Shown: positions 19,768-29,243 of the stretch, in pieces
Position numbering within the stretch: the first letter of the stretch is position 1
Layout of the letters: each line of letters opens with the position of its first letter
Assembly (NCBI GenBank): GCA_903893855.1
Contig: CAITNV010000023.1
Span: 1-53,396, forward strand
DNA length: 53,396 bases
Source: Candidatus Tayloriibacteriota bacterium
Lineage (GTDB): Bacteria; Patescibacteriota; Minisyncoccia; Phycocordibacterales; PALSA-1337
Reading direction: 5' to 3'
Notes under the pieces: generated by a model
Told to the model about the DNA's origin: nothing
The model's input: only the letters and a program-made list of their open reading frames with translations
Database searches by the model: none
Translations under genes and position numbers: made by a program

Positions 19768-19930
19768 GGCGTAGTGCGGTTTGATCCGGACCCGATTGGC
19801 GAACACTATGTGTTTCGGGCGACTACGTGCGACGGCCAGCGCCTTCCAAGCCGTCTCCGCAGCCTCTCATATTGAGTTGTGCGTGTGATGCGATCACCCG
19901 AAGCCAAATGGTTAGGGTGATCATCTTTTT
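19768..19930 (+). ncRNA. candidate structured small RNA, unknown family
   Basis: TTGACA-16-TGcTAAGGT promoter, several stems, terminator gatcaccc/gggtgatc plus T run; no convincing ORF. Confidence 0.5.
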
Positions 19931-19961
19931 ATAGTATTCCCCACGACTCATCAGAATTTAT

Positions 19962-21113
19962 CTAAATCTTAAACTCCATCACGTCCCCATCCACCACCAC
20001 ATATTCTTTCCCTTCTGTACGAACAAGCCCTTGCTCGCGAGCGGCTGCGAATGATCCAGCTTCAATGAGCTTGCTCCAGAGAATGACTTCGGCGCGGATG
20101 AATTTATCCTTGAAATCCCCGTGAATTGCAGTGCCTGCAAGCGGTGCAGTCCAGCCACGTTCAATAGTCCACGCACGTGTCTCTACTTCGCCAGTGGTAA
20201 AGTATGTGATGAGATTTAGAAGCTCATAGCCCTTCTTGATAAGTTCGTCGATGCCGTCGGAGCCGGCTTTACTCTCCCCTGCGCCAGTCGCCCCCGCGAC
20301 CGAACCGATAAGCCCTTCTCGCATCTCTTTCTTATCTGCATCATTTAAATCCTTGAGTTCATGCTCAATACCCGCATCTACCACGACGTATTTCGATCCG
20401 GTCTGCGCGAAGAAAGCGAGCAATGCTTTGAAACGCTCATCACCTGCGATCTCATCAAGATTACGTCCACCGGCCTTTTTATTGAGCACATACATAATTG
20501 GTTTCGCAGTGAGTAGATGAAGATGCTTGAGAAATGGCATTTCGAGCTCTTCAATTCCCTGCATTACTTCTTGAGATGATATGAGCTTGCCTGCTTCAAG
20601 TGCTGCTATGACCTTGTTGCACAGTGTCGCTTCAGCTACCGCTTCTTTCTTGCCGGCTTTAATCTCTTTACCAAGATTGGCAAGTCGTTTAGTCACCGTC
20701 TGAAGGTCAGCGAGAATGAGCTCGAGATTGATAACTTCGATATCTTTAATAGGATCGATTTTGCCGTCGACGTGAATGATATTGTCATCTTCGAATATGC
20801 GCACCACTTCAGCGATCGCATCAGTCTCGCGAATGTTGGTGAGGAATTGATTGCCAAGTCCTTCACCCGCAGAAGCACCCTTCACGAGTCCTGCGATGTC
20901 AACGAATTCCACTACTGCAGGAATAGTCTTCCCTGTCTTCGAGAATTCTGAGAGCTTCCAGAGCCGTTCATCAGGCACGGCCACAACGCCGACCGATGGG
21001 TCAATCGTACAGAATGGATAATTCTCCGCTGGCACGCTCTTCTTGGTAAGCGCATTAAAAAGCGTCGATTTCCCGACATTCGGAAGCCCAACAATACCGA
21101 TGGATAATTTCAT
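19962..21113 (-). CDS. ychF: ribosome-binding ATPase YchF
   Basis: GIVGLPNVGKSTLFN, NYPFCTIDP, DIAGLVKGAS, C-terminal TGS domain. Confidence 0.97.
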   Translation of the reverse strand: MKLSIGIVGLPNVGKSTLFNALTKKSVPAENYPFCTIDPSVGVVAVPDERLWKLSEFSKTGKTIPAVVEFVDIAGLVKGASAGEGLGNQFLTNIRETDAIAEVVRIFEDDNIIHVDGKIDPIKDIEVINLELILADLQTVTKRLANLGKEIKAGKKEAVAEATLCNKVIAALEAGKLISSQEVMQGIEELEMPFLKHLHLLTAKPIMYVLNKKAGGRNLDEIAGDERFKALLAFFAQTGSKYVVVDAGIEHELKDLNDADKKEMREGLIGSVAGATGAGESKAGSDGIDELIKKGYELLNLITYFTTGEVETRAWTIERGWTAPLAGTAIHGDFKDKFIRAEVILWSKLIEAGSFAAAREQGLVRTEGKEYVVVDGDVMEFKI

Positions 21114-21169
21114 AAGGTGATAGTAGCGTATTTTTGGGGTTGGGGCAAATGAATCTTATTGCATAAACT

Positions 21170-22579
21170 CTACAACACCTCCCTCGCACCCTTGCGATAC
21201 ATAGTAAGTGGTAATGTGCCCAAAGCATGCCAGACTGGGGTGATGAATTTCCATGCAGCCATGACCTCATCGGTACTTGTGAAGAGTGTCTGATCGCCGA
21301 CAACTGCATCATAGAGCACACGTTCATATGCGTCCGGCGTTATCGCTTCAGGAGGAAAGTCTGCGTATTTAAATTTAAGCGTCTTAGGCTCAACGTTGAA
21401 GGTAAAACCGGGAGTCTTCACCCAGAAACGGATCTTGATACTTTCATCTGGCTGAATACGGAACGTAAGCACATTCTGACCCGCGAGTGGATCGCGAGTG
21501 TGATCGTTGGTACCGAATGAGCCGGCCTCATTATTTTTAAAATAAATATCAATCTCTGAGCGATTCTCGGCGAGGCCTTTACCACTCTCAAGAAAGAATG
21601 GCACACCTTTCCAACGGCTGTTCGCAATAGCCGCTTCAAGCCGGAAATATGTCTCGGTACTCGACGCTGGAGAGACTCCTTTCTCAGATGTGTATCCTTC
21701 ATACTGACCACGTAGGCCGAGCTCGCCAACGGTCTTCGGTGTTATGACTTTAAGCCGACTGAGAACCTTCGCTCGTTCGCTACGAATGTGCAGAGCATCA
21801 AGCATTGCCGGTCGCTCCATAGCCACAAGTGCCATCATCTGGAGAATGTGATTCTGTCCCACATCCTTAAGCGCACCAACTGGATCGTAGAATTCCCCAC
21901 GGCCTTCAATGCCGTTCTTTTCCAAGAGCTTGATATGCACCTTATCGATATAACGATAGTTCCATAACGGCTCAAAAAGCGCATTAGCGAAACGGAATGT
22001 CACGATATTCTGCAGTGCCTCCTTCGCGAGATAGTGATCGATACGGAAGATCTGCTCTTCTTTAAAAAGGTCAGCGAGCTTAGCATCAAGCTTACGAGCA
22101 GTCTCAATATCATTACCAAAAGGCTTCTCCACGAGCACACGGGTCCAGCCTTCATTACCTCCGCAAGGAATCGTCAGTCCCGATTCCGAAAGACGGTCGA
22201 GTATGGTCTCATAGAAGGATGGCTGCACAGCAAGATGGAAGAGCTTATTCGAACAGCGATGAAAGCCATCGTCAATAGCAGTGAGTCGAAGCGCGAGTGT
22301 ACTGTATGAAGCCGGACTATCGAATGTTCCTTGTTCATAGCACATATGATCTAGGAAATGCTTTATATCCTCTTCACGATACTGCCCTGCGCGAATATTC
22401 ATATTTTCACGAACGTACTGTCGAAAATCCTCTCGGCTAAAATGTCGCCGAGAAAAGCCAACGATAAAAAACTTCGCTGGCAAAAGCTTCTTTACATACA
22501 GACTAAGAAGAGACGGCAAGAGCTTTCTCTGGGCCAAGTCTCCCGTCACTCCAAAAATGATAAATGTTGTTGGATTCAT
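21170..22579 (-). CDS. zwf: glucose-6-phosphate 1-dehydrogenase
   Basis: GVTGDLAQRKL, VEKPFG, RIDHYLAKE, RWKGVPF. Confidence 0.96.
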   Translation of the reverse strand: MNPTTFIIFGVTGDLAQRKLLPSLLSLYVKKLLPAKFFIVGFSRRHFSREDFRQYVRENMNIRAGQYREEDIKHFLDHMCYEQGTFDSPASYSTLALRLTAIDDGFHRCSNKLFHLAVQPSFYETILDRLSESGLTIPCGGNEGWTRVLVEKPFGNDIETARKLDAKLADLFKEEQIFRIDHYLAKEALQNIVTFRFANALFEPLWNYRYIDKVHIKLLEKNGIEGRGEFYDPVGALKDVGQNHILQMMALVAMERPAMLDALHIRSERAKVLSRLKVITPKTVGELGLRGQYEGYTSEKGVSPASSTETYFRLEAAIANSRWKGVPFFLESGKGLAENRSEIDIYFKNNEAGSFGTNDHTRDPLAGQNVLTFRIQPDESIKIRFWVKTPGFTFNVEPKTLKFKYADFPPEAITPDAYERVLYDAVVGDQTLFTSTDEVMAAWKFITPVWHALGTLPLTMYRKGAREVL

Positions 22580-22759
22580 ATTAAAAACCTTCGCCCCATT
22601 TCTCCCATTTAGGGTAAATTACTCCGGCAACGAAAACACACGGCAAAATAAACGCAGCCGATATAACCCAAGCCACAAAATGGAGACCTTTTTTGATGTC
22701 ATCAATCATGGAATGAATTATAGGTGGATTAAGCACAAAATCAAGTGTATACTATATAA

Positions 22760-23350
22760 ATGCAGCAGTGGTTCATCCATGCATCTCTTGCGTATCCCTT
22801 TCTTGTCTATGGACTTATCATCCTTTTTGCTTGTGCGGAAGGACCGATTCTCTCTATTATCTTCGGTATATTACTGAAACTCGGCTACTTTTATTTCATT
22901 CCGGTATACGCTTCGCTTATGGTTGGTGATCTTATTGGGGATGTTGGCTGGTATTGGATTGGGCGAAAGTTTGGGCATGGTTTCATCCACCGTTTTGGGA
23001 AATACTTCAATATCACCGAGGATAAAGTGGAGAAAGTGACAGAATTATTCCATCGCTATAAGCATAGCATTCTCTTCATATCCAAGATTAGCAATGGTTT
23101 TGGCTTCGCTCTTATCACCCTCATGACTGCGGGTATGGTACGGATTCCTTTTGCGCGGTACCTCGTGATTAATTTGTCGGGACAACTCATCTGGACTGGA
23201 CTACTCTTAGGTGTTGGATTTTTCTTTAGTCAAATGTACACCACAGCAACGAATATTTTCGAACAAATGACGGTTGTTGCTGGCTTCGTCGTCTTAGTAG
23301 TGATTTTTATCGGCTTTTCGAAATACCTTCGCAAGCGTGCGGGGATGTAA
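22760..23350 (+). CDS. DedA/VTT family membrane protein
   Basis: GDLIGDVGWYWIGRKFG motif, AGMVRIPF, multiple TM helices. Confidence 0.88.
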   Translation: MQQWFIHASLAYPFLVYGLIILFACAEGPILSIIFGILLKLGYFYFIPVYASLMVGDLIGDVGWYWIGRKFGHGFIHRFGKYFNITEDKVEKVTELFHRYKHSILFISKISNGFGFALITLMTAGMVRIPFARYLVINLSGQLIWTGLLLGVGFFFSQMYTTATNIFEQMTVVAGFVVLVVIFIGFSKYLRKRAGM

Positions 23351-23401
23351 GCGAAATATTGAGAAATAATCAAATAGTAATAAAATTTTCATTCAAATAA
23401 A

Positions 23402-24172
23402 ATGGACAAAATCTCAATTATCATTCCGGTGCGCAATGAAGAGGACTATATCGATGGCGCCTTGGGACAATTCTTTATTGACCCAATTGCAGGAGAAATT
23501 ATCGTCACTGACGATGGTAGTACCGACCGCACGCGCGAGATCGCCGAGAGTTATGGAGTAATATTCCTCGATCACACCGTCGAGCACCACCTCGCGAAGC
23601 GCTTTCCACACCTTGAGCGATCAACCATCGGAGCAAATCGTAACTTCGGTGCGCGTAATGCCACTGGCGAATTCCTGCTCTTTATAGACGCTGAGACAAG
23701 AATAGAAAATTGCAAGGATTTTATCACAAGATCTTTAAAACATTTTCATAATGATCCGGAGCTCGTGGCCCTTACAGGTGCCCTTTGGGTTATACCCGAG
23801 CTTGAGACTTGGGGTGATCGTTTGGTCTATACAGTATTTAACTGGGTGCATCGCATTAAAAATAACTGGCTCGGCGCCGGTGAAGCTTCAGGTAAATTCC
23901 AGATGATACGCCGCACTGCATTCGACAAAGTCGGTGGCTATCGCGAAGATCTCGTTACTCGTGAAGATGGCGATATGTTCGCAAGACTTTCTCGTATCGG
24001 TACTACCCTCTGTGATCCGAAGCTTGTCGTCCTCTACAGTGGACGCAGGGCTCACGCTATCGGCTGGCCGCGTCTGCTTTTGACATGGCTGTTGGAATCA
24101 TTGAGTTTTGTATTTCGAGGACGCGCGATTAGTACCAATTGGGATCGGATTGATACAAAAGCCAAAAAATAA
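23402..24172 (+). CDS. glycosyltransferase family 2
   Basis: SIIIPVRNEE, DDGSTDRT, RNFGA, FIDAE, ED motif, SGRR. Confidence 0.92.
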   Translation: MDKISIIIPVRNEEDYIDGALGQFFIDPIAGEIIVTDDGSTDRTREIAESYGVIFLDHTVEHHLAKRFPHLERSTIGANRNFGARNATGEFLLFIDAETRIENCKDFITRSLKHFHNDPELVALTGALWVIPELETWGDRLVYTVFNWVHRIKNNWLGAGEASGKFQMIRRTAFDKVGGYREDLVTREDGDMFARLSRIGTTLCDPKLVVLYSGRRAHAIGWPRLLLTWLLESLSFVFRGRAISTNWDRIDTKAKK

Positions 24173-24206
24173 CCGAACAACGATTCACCATCAAATATAA
24201 ATAAAA

Positions 24207-24225
24207 GACCCGCTTTTGAAGCGGG
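24207..24225. terminator. terminator between convergent genes
   Basis: cccgctt-ttg-aagcggg hairpin with an A tract on the left. Confidence 0.65.
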
Positions 24226-24252
24226 TTTGTTGTGTGCGATTCAGAAGGTCAG

Positions 24253-24870
24253 TTAAAATAACTTATAACCGAATACCCTGAACCAACAAACAGCACTGAG
24301 TACAATCATTCCTATTGTGACTTGAGCCATTGCTTGGCTATCGAACTTATATCTTTTATTAAACTTCATCGCACCAAGTGCAAAGAATGGGGCAAGTGCA
24401 AGCGAAATAAAACAAAACTCCAAGCTATGCGGTTTAAGTTCTGCACTGAGGTAGTACATCGCTATTACCCACGCGGCAATTGTTGCAAATACCGCGTGAA
24501 ACCACCCAGCCCACGTCGTACGACCGTGGTGTGCGTGCGCTTCGGGGGTCTTCAGGCTCGCTTTGGCATATCCCCTACCGAGGAAACCAAACAAGACCAA
24601 AATACACGCAAGCACGGCAAACCCCGCGAAGCTAATGAAGTGGAGGTTGCATTCCTTGCGCACACTGAGAATGTACGCAACGATAGGGCTGATAAGAAAA
24701 ATATCTGCCCACACACCGCCATGTTCCATGTACGAATACCCCTTCTGCGGCAGCCGATAACGCATTTGACCTTGGAAAAGGTATCCGTCGACATACGCTG
24801 CAATTGCCTGTGCAAAAACGAACCCCCAACCAAGGAACAAGTACAACCAAAATTCTTCCAACAAGTTCAC
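24253..24870 (-). CDS. polytopic membrane protein, His-rich loops (ORFan cassette)
   Basis: About 6 hydrophobic segments; EHGGVWAD and EAHAHHG; GTG start after GAAAG; leader GCAATTTAACAA. Confidence 0.7.
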   Translation of the reverse strand: MNLLEEFWLYLFLGWGFVFAQAIAAYVDGYLFQGQMRYRLPQKGYSYMEHGGVWADIFLISPIVAYILSVRKECNLHFISFAGFAVLACILVLFGFLGRGYAKASLKTPEAHAHHGRTTWAGWFHAVFATIAAWVIAMYYLSAELKPHSLEFCFISLALAPFFALGAMKFNKRYKFDSQAMAQVTIGMIVLSAVCWFRVFGYKLF

Positions 24871-24976
24871 AATGATCTCTCTTTCTGTTGACCGAATTTT
24901 TTGTTAAATTGCTTATTTCCAATTGTATTTTCAGCTCACAACTGGTACAATACATATATAACACGCTTTTAAATAT

Positions 24977-25720
24977 ATGTCAAAGAATACGTACAGTCTT
25001 GTAATCCCTGCATACAATGAAGAGAAATACATTGGCGATTGTCTCGAATACGCACTGCGCCAAAAAGACTTCTCTGAAATTATTGTCATCGATAATGCGA
25101 GCACCGATGGAACAAAAAAACTCGTTGAAAAGATTGCTAAGGAACACCCACACGCTCTCGGGCGCTTGCGAGTAGTAACCGAGATGAAAAAAGGCCTCAC
25201 TCGTGCTCGCGAACGAGGTCGCTTGGAAGCTCGCGGGAATGTGATTGCATACGTAGACGCAGATACACGCATGCCCGAGAAGTGGCTTGGTATGGTGATC
25301 CATGAATTCGAGAAAAATAAAAATCTCGCTGTGCTTAGTGGCCCATACGTCTATCACGATATTCCCCGCTATGAGCAGCATTTAATTACCATTTTATATT
25401 GGTACATTCTTGCAATGCCGATATACTGGCTGGTCGGTTACATGACCGTTGGGGGTAATTTCGCTATTCGAACATCAGCGCTCGAGAAAATGGGCGGTTT
25501 TGATACGAGCATCGAGTTTTACGGAGAGGATACGAATATTGCTCGTCGCGCTTCAAAATACGGTAAGGTTAAATTTATGCCGAGCCTCTATATGTACACA
25601 TCCGCACGGCGCTTTGAAGGACAGGGCGTGTGGAAAACAGGACTTATTTATATGACGAATTTTGTCACTGAAGTCGTTTTTAAAAAGCCCGTCACCAAAA
25701 AATACGTTGATATCCGATAG
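24977..25720 (+). CDS. glycosyltransferase family 2
   Basis: VIPAYNEE, DNASTDGT, YVDAD, FYGED, SARRF. Confidence 0.93.
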   Translation: MSKNTYSLVIPAYNEEKYIGDCLEYALRQKDFSEIIVIDNASTDGTKKLVEKIAKEHPHALGRLRVVTEMKKGLTRARERGRLEARGNVIAYVDADTRMPEKWLGMVIHEFEKNKNLAVLSGPYVYHDIPRYEQHLITILYWYILAMPIYWLVGYMTVGGNFAIRTSALEKMGGFDTSIEFYGEDTNIARRASKYGKVKFMPSLYMYTSARRFEGQGVWKTGLIYMTNFVTEVVFKKPVTKKYVDIR

Positions 25721-25796
25721 TACTGACAAAAAACACTCAGAATAATGAGTGTTTTTTGTAGTCTTTAAAACTGAGATATTACGATAAATAAACGTG

Positions 25797-25886
25797 CTAT
25801 TTTGTGCCCTGTGTGCAACCACAACTACATGTTCCATCGGCTGCATGCTGGTGATTACAAGCTGGGCATACTTTTGTTTCTGCCAT
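25797..25886 (-). CDS. 29-aa Cys/His-rich metallothionein-like peptide, not in ORF track
   Basis: MAETKVCPACNHQHAADGTCSCGCTQGTK; followed by a bidirectional terminator at ~25729-25757. Confidence 0.65.
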   Translation of the reverse strand: MAETKVCPACNHQHAADGTCSCGCTQGTK

Positions 25887-26043
25887 ATATTATAAATTAA
25901 GGTTTTTTTGTATACATTATGTATCGACCATCCTTATTACACTGCTCATGACAAAAAATTTCACAAAACAGTATTGACACAGACAAATAAAAAGAGCCTA
26001 GTATATAGGCTCCGTGTTGGAACGAGAGACTGTCTAAAGACAG

Positions 26044-26583
26044 CTAGTACGTAGCTCGTCGGAAAGGGATGAAACAAATCAGCACGAGACTGATCAGAAG
26101 CATCAGTAGTGTCCAGCCACCATCAGGCGCTGAGGCGGGAACGGGCGGAGGTGCCCAATGTGCTCCGAATGTTGCATCGAAATAACCGCCGCCAATCCCT
26201 CGAATGGAATCGATCCCCACGATGGCGTGGTTACCAACCCCATCAAACCACGATAAGTGGAAGAACGTAAGACCTGAGATTTGATCCCACTCGAGGGGGC
26301 CAAATGTGGAAGCCGACGACGGATCGTAGATGATTTTGCCGATATTCGGTGTGATGACATAACCACCGAGAACGTCATTGACGTTGCCGTTCACGTTCGA
26401 TGCCTCGGCAAGAAAAAGCTTGCCAGAATAGCCCGGATCTGCACCGTAAATGTCGAACTCGAAGCTTGACCCATTCACGGTGCTGACCTGAAACAAATTG
26501 CCGATGAGGAGAATAACCGCCAAGCATAGGGCCGAAAAGCCCTTATAGCTGGCGCCGACGTAAACTGAAATATGATTTTTCAT
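26044..26583 (-). CDS. secreted protein with VPDSG-CTERM/PEP-CTERM-like sorting signal
   Basis: Signal-peptide-like N-terminus; C-terminal APDGGWTLLMLLISLVLICFIPFRR; start moved to ATG 26583 because the upstream GTG lies in the hairpin leader. Confidence 0.7.
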   Translation of the reverse strand: MKNHISVYVGASYKGFSALCLAVILLIGNLFQVSTVNGSSFEFDIYGADPGYSGKLFLAEASNVNGNVNDVLGGYVITPNIGKIIYDPSSASTFGPLEWDQISGLTFFHLSWFDGVGNHAIVGIDSIRGIGGGYFDATFGAHWAPPPVPASAPDGGWTLLMLLISLVLICFIPFRRATY

Positions 26584-26783
26584 AAGCTGAGGAGGGCTCT
26601 GAAACATCACGCACACCGGCCACGGCGCACGTACTGTCACAATTTAAAAGAACTATATTGCAACGTTATCATGTACACGTCAATTGTCAAGCTTTTTTGC
26701 ACGAAAATTTTATTATTTCTTTATTTGCCAATATTATGGATATGATATGATTACCCTATTAAAATAATTCGAAGTATTTTCAA

Positions 26784-27506
26784 ATGAACACCAAGTCACA
26801 TACACCAGAGACCCTCGTAGCAAATGCCGGTAAGTCCACCGTTATTAACCTTGCCGACAGCATGGGTTCTTGGCAGCGCCTTCCAGTACGAACACATGTC
26901 ATTACCAAAGATGATGTAATGGTCGATGTTCTCCGTCGCTACGCCACAGCGCATATCAAAGCCGGCGATATGATATTCATTAGCGAACGTATTGTCGCTA
27001 TTTCACAAGGCCGTGCTTTCCCTATCAAGGACATTCACCCGAGCAGGCTCGCGAATTTCCTCGTCAAATTCGTCCACAAATCGCCCTACGGTATTGGTCT
27101 TGGAAGCGCGTGGACCATGGAACTAGCTATCCGTGAAGCTGGAGCATTGCGAATCCTCTTTGCGGCGGCTGCATCGGCTTTCACAAAACCCTTTGGTTTT
27201 AAAGGAGTTTTCTATCGAGTGGTTGGTAACAATATTAATGCCATAGACGGCCCATGTTCATATACCCTGCCACCCTACAATGAATACGCAAAGCTCGGCC
27301 CTGCGAAGCCTGACAAAGTAGCACGCGAACTTTCGAAAGCCGTCGGTTGCCCTGTGGTGATTATCGATGCCAATGATATTGGAGTAAATGTTCTCGGGCG
27401 ATCCGATAAGTCTATTTCAATAAAGTTTTGTCAGGCCGTCTTTAAAGACAATCCTCTTGGTCAAACGAAAGAGCAGACGCCGGTGTGTATTGTGAGGAAA
27501 GCGTAA
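26784..27506 (+). CDS. CofE-like (F420-0:gamma-glutamyl ligase family) protein
   Basis: PVRTHVIT, ISERIVAISQG, IDGP, IIDAND, DNPLGQTKEQTP. Confidence 0.8.
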   Translation: MNTKSHTPETLVANAGKSTVINLADSMGSWQRLPVRTHVITKDDVMVDVLRRYATAHIKAGDMIFISERIVAISQGRAFPIKDIHPSRLANFLVKFVHKSPYGIGLGSAWTMELAIREAGALRILFAAAASAFTKPFGFKGVFYRVVGNNINAIDGPCSYTLPPYNEYAKLGPAKPDKVARELSKAVGCPVVIIDANDIGVNVLGRSDKSISIKFCQAVFKDNPLGQTKEQTPVCIVRKA

Positions 27507-27676
27507 TATTATAAAATCAAGGAATATGAAGGGTAAAAATATTGAAGATAGGCTAATAGACTATACTGAAATCCGCGTGTTATTCCCGCTTGGTTCATAC
27601 GGCAGTATCGTGAAATAAAACTAATTCAAAATTCAACTGGATCAGGACTACGTATCGAGGATGATGCTGAGGTATT

Positions 27677-27762
27677 AAAAAACGCCACTCAAGGTGACGT
27701 ACTTTAATGTGCCTGTCTCCAGCTCAGTATGGCCAGATAGGTCTGACGACCCGCAGACACTC
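27677..27762 (-). ncRNA. candidate ~85-nt small RNA (three-way junction plus terminator)
   Basis: TTGCCT-16-TATACT promoter; closing stem GUGUCUG/CAGGCAC; two internal hairpins; terminator plus U6. Confidence 0.45.
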
Positions 27763-27876
27763 ATATAGTATACAGCAAATAATAAAAAAGGCAAATAACA
27801 GCAGGCTTGGTCTAACAAAAGAAAAGGAGCACAACCTTGCGGTAATGCTCCGTGTTTAATTTAGCTTAGCTGTGTT

Positions 27877-28221
27877 TTATTTCCACAACTGCTTGAGGTG
27901 GTACCACGACCACCAGATACCCCAGAAGAGGTAGCGTGGCCGGTCACGCATTCTCCGGCAACCACTGCGACGTTCGCATTGAGCGGCGTACCACATTTGG
28001 TCTCGAGTATATAGGCGTGCCCGATGTTCTTCGTCGCGGCGACGCTTGTCTACTTTGTCAGAGAGCGCGCTCCAACGAGGCCGATCGGGGTCCCGCATCC
28101 TCCAGAGCAATGCCACGATAAGTGGCAGGCCGATTGCGACTAGCCAAGCGTAGTTCATGATGGCCAGCCATAGGATGCCCAGCCACGAGTTAACCGTCGG
28201 TAATTGGATTTCGTCATCCAT
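27877..28221 (-). CDS. hypothetical membrane protein, Arg/Trp-rich
   Basis: AGGAGGA SD; N-terminal TM; third gene of a 3-gene cassette; terminator at ~27825-27851. Confidence 0.65.
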   Translation of the reverse strand: MDDEIQLPTVNSWLGILWLAIMNYAWLVAIGLPLIVALLWRMRDPDRPRWSALSDKVDKRRRDEEHRARLYTRDQMWYAAQCERRSGCRRMRDRPRYLFWGIWWSWYHLKQLWK

Positions 28222-28234
28222 ACGTCTGTCCTCC

Positions 28235-28732
28235 TTATATCGCGACCCCGATGGCTCGCAGTTTGAAGATGATGAGGTCCCGATTAGATGCTACAACCCA
28301 GACTATACCCACCCAAACGGCGGTATATAGAATGTTGATGATTGTGCGTAGGAACAAGTTTGCACCAGTAAGCCAAATGTCTGCGAAGACGAATAGCACT
28401 GGAATTACCACAAACCCGAAGAACATACCCACCGTTGCAGCTGCATTCCATGCCAAGCCTTGGAATGCGAACGAGCCGGCGAGGAGGATTGTGAATAGGC
28501 AATTAATGCCAAACAAGGCAAGAAATGCATCTTCATTTTCCTGCACGGCGGCCTCAATAAAGCCGCTTGCTGTCACGAGCCAAACGAGCGAGGAAACGAC
28601 CAACATAACGGAAAAGGACTGATCATTCTCCGGCGCACAGACAACTGCCATGAAATTCATGGCGAGCCAAACCGGAACGGTCCACTTATGGAGGGTCCGC
28701 GGGCTTTTTACCAACTCTAGGAATTTTTCCAT
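28235..28732 (-). CDS. hypothetical polytopic membrane protein
   Basis: AAGGA SD; 4-5 hydrophobic helices. Confidence 0.7.
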   Translation of the reverse strand: MEKFLELVKSPRTLHKWTVPVWLAMNFMAVVCAPENDQSFSVMLVVSSLVWLVTASGFIEAAVQENEDAFLALFGINCLFTILLAGSFAFQGLAWNAAATVGMFFGFVVIPVLFVFADIWLTGANLFLRTIINILYTAVWVGIVWVVASNRDLIIFKLRAIGVAI

Positions 28733-28751
28733 ATTTTTTTCCTTATAGTGA

Positions 28752-29243
28752 TCAGATTTTTCGCGCCGCTTTCAATTCTGCGATTCGGTTAGTGTACCCA
28801 CGCAGTCCGATGTGGGAATCCGAACTCCCTGTCGAACGCACGAATTCGATGGCGACACCGTCGTGGAAATACACCGTGAACACTTCGACGGGGTGATTTT
28901 CCTCCTTGCGGTACAGCCCGATACTGACTTGCGCCGTAGCATGTTGGCACATTCTGTCTTCACCAACCCAGATGCGCTGTTCAATCCGGTATGGTTTCAC
29001 ATACCGCACCACATTAACAAGCCCTTCAGCCGCTCCGTGGCTATGGTATTCAGGCTCATCACCGAAGTCGAGAATTGCCCTCAAACGTTCGGCAACCTCA
29101 CTGACCTTAACCTCGGGGTTAATGTCAACGTACTCGATTTCAAGCCCCAGCATGGTGCCGAGGCGATTCATCGTGTGGTGGTTTTTGGCACCGAGTGCCG
29201 CTACATTTGCCGGTGTGATAAACCGGCCAATTTTATGGACCAT
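28752..29243 (-). CDS. ORFan paralog family member 1
   Basis: Shares motifs with 41983..42417 and 44427..44867 (P..V.kLG; P..I[ED]Q.I; A.L.I.[LF][YF]; [VI]YF....[PA]..IE). Confidence 0.75.
   Translation of the reverse strand: MVHKIGRFITPANVAALGAKNHHTMNRLGTMLGLEIEYVDINPEVKVSEVAERLRAILDFGDEPEYHSHGAAEGLVNVVRYVKPYRIEQRIWVGEDRMCQHATAQVSIGLYRKEENHPVEVFTVYFHDGVAIEFVRSTGSSDSHIGLRGYTNRIAELKAARKI

Noticed and set aside
19768-19930. SRP (4.5S) or 6S RNA
   Set aside because: Lacks the SRP helix-8 CAGG..GGAA..GCAG motif, and it folds as several hairpins rather than a single rod with a central bubble
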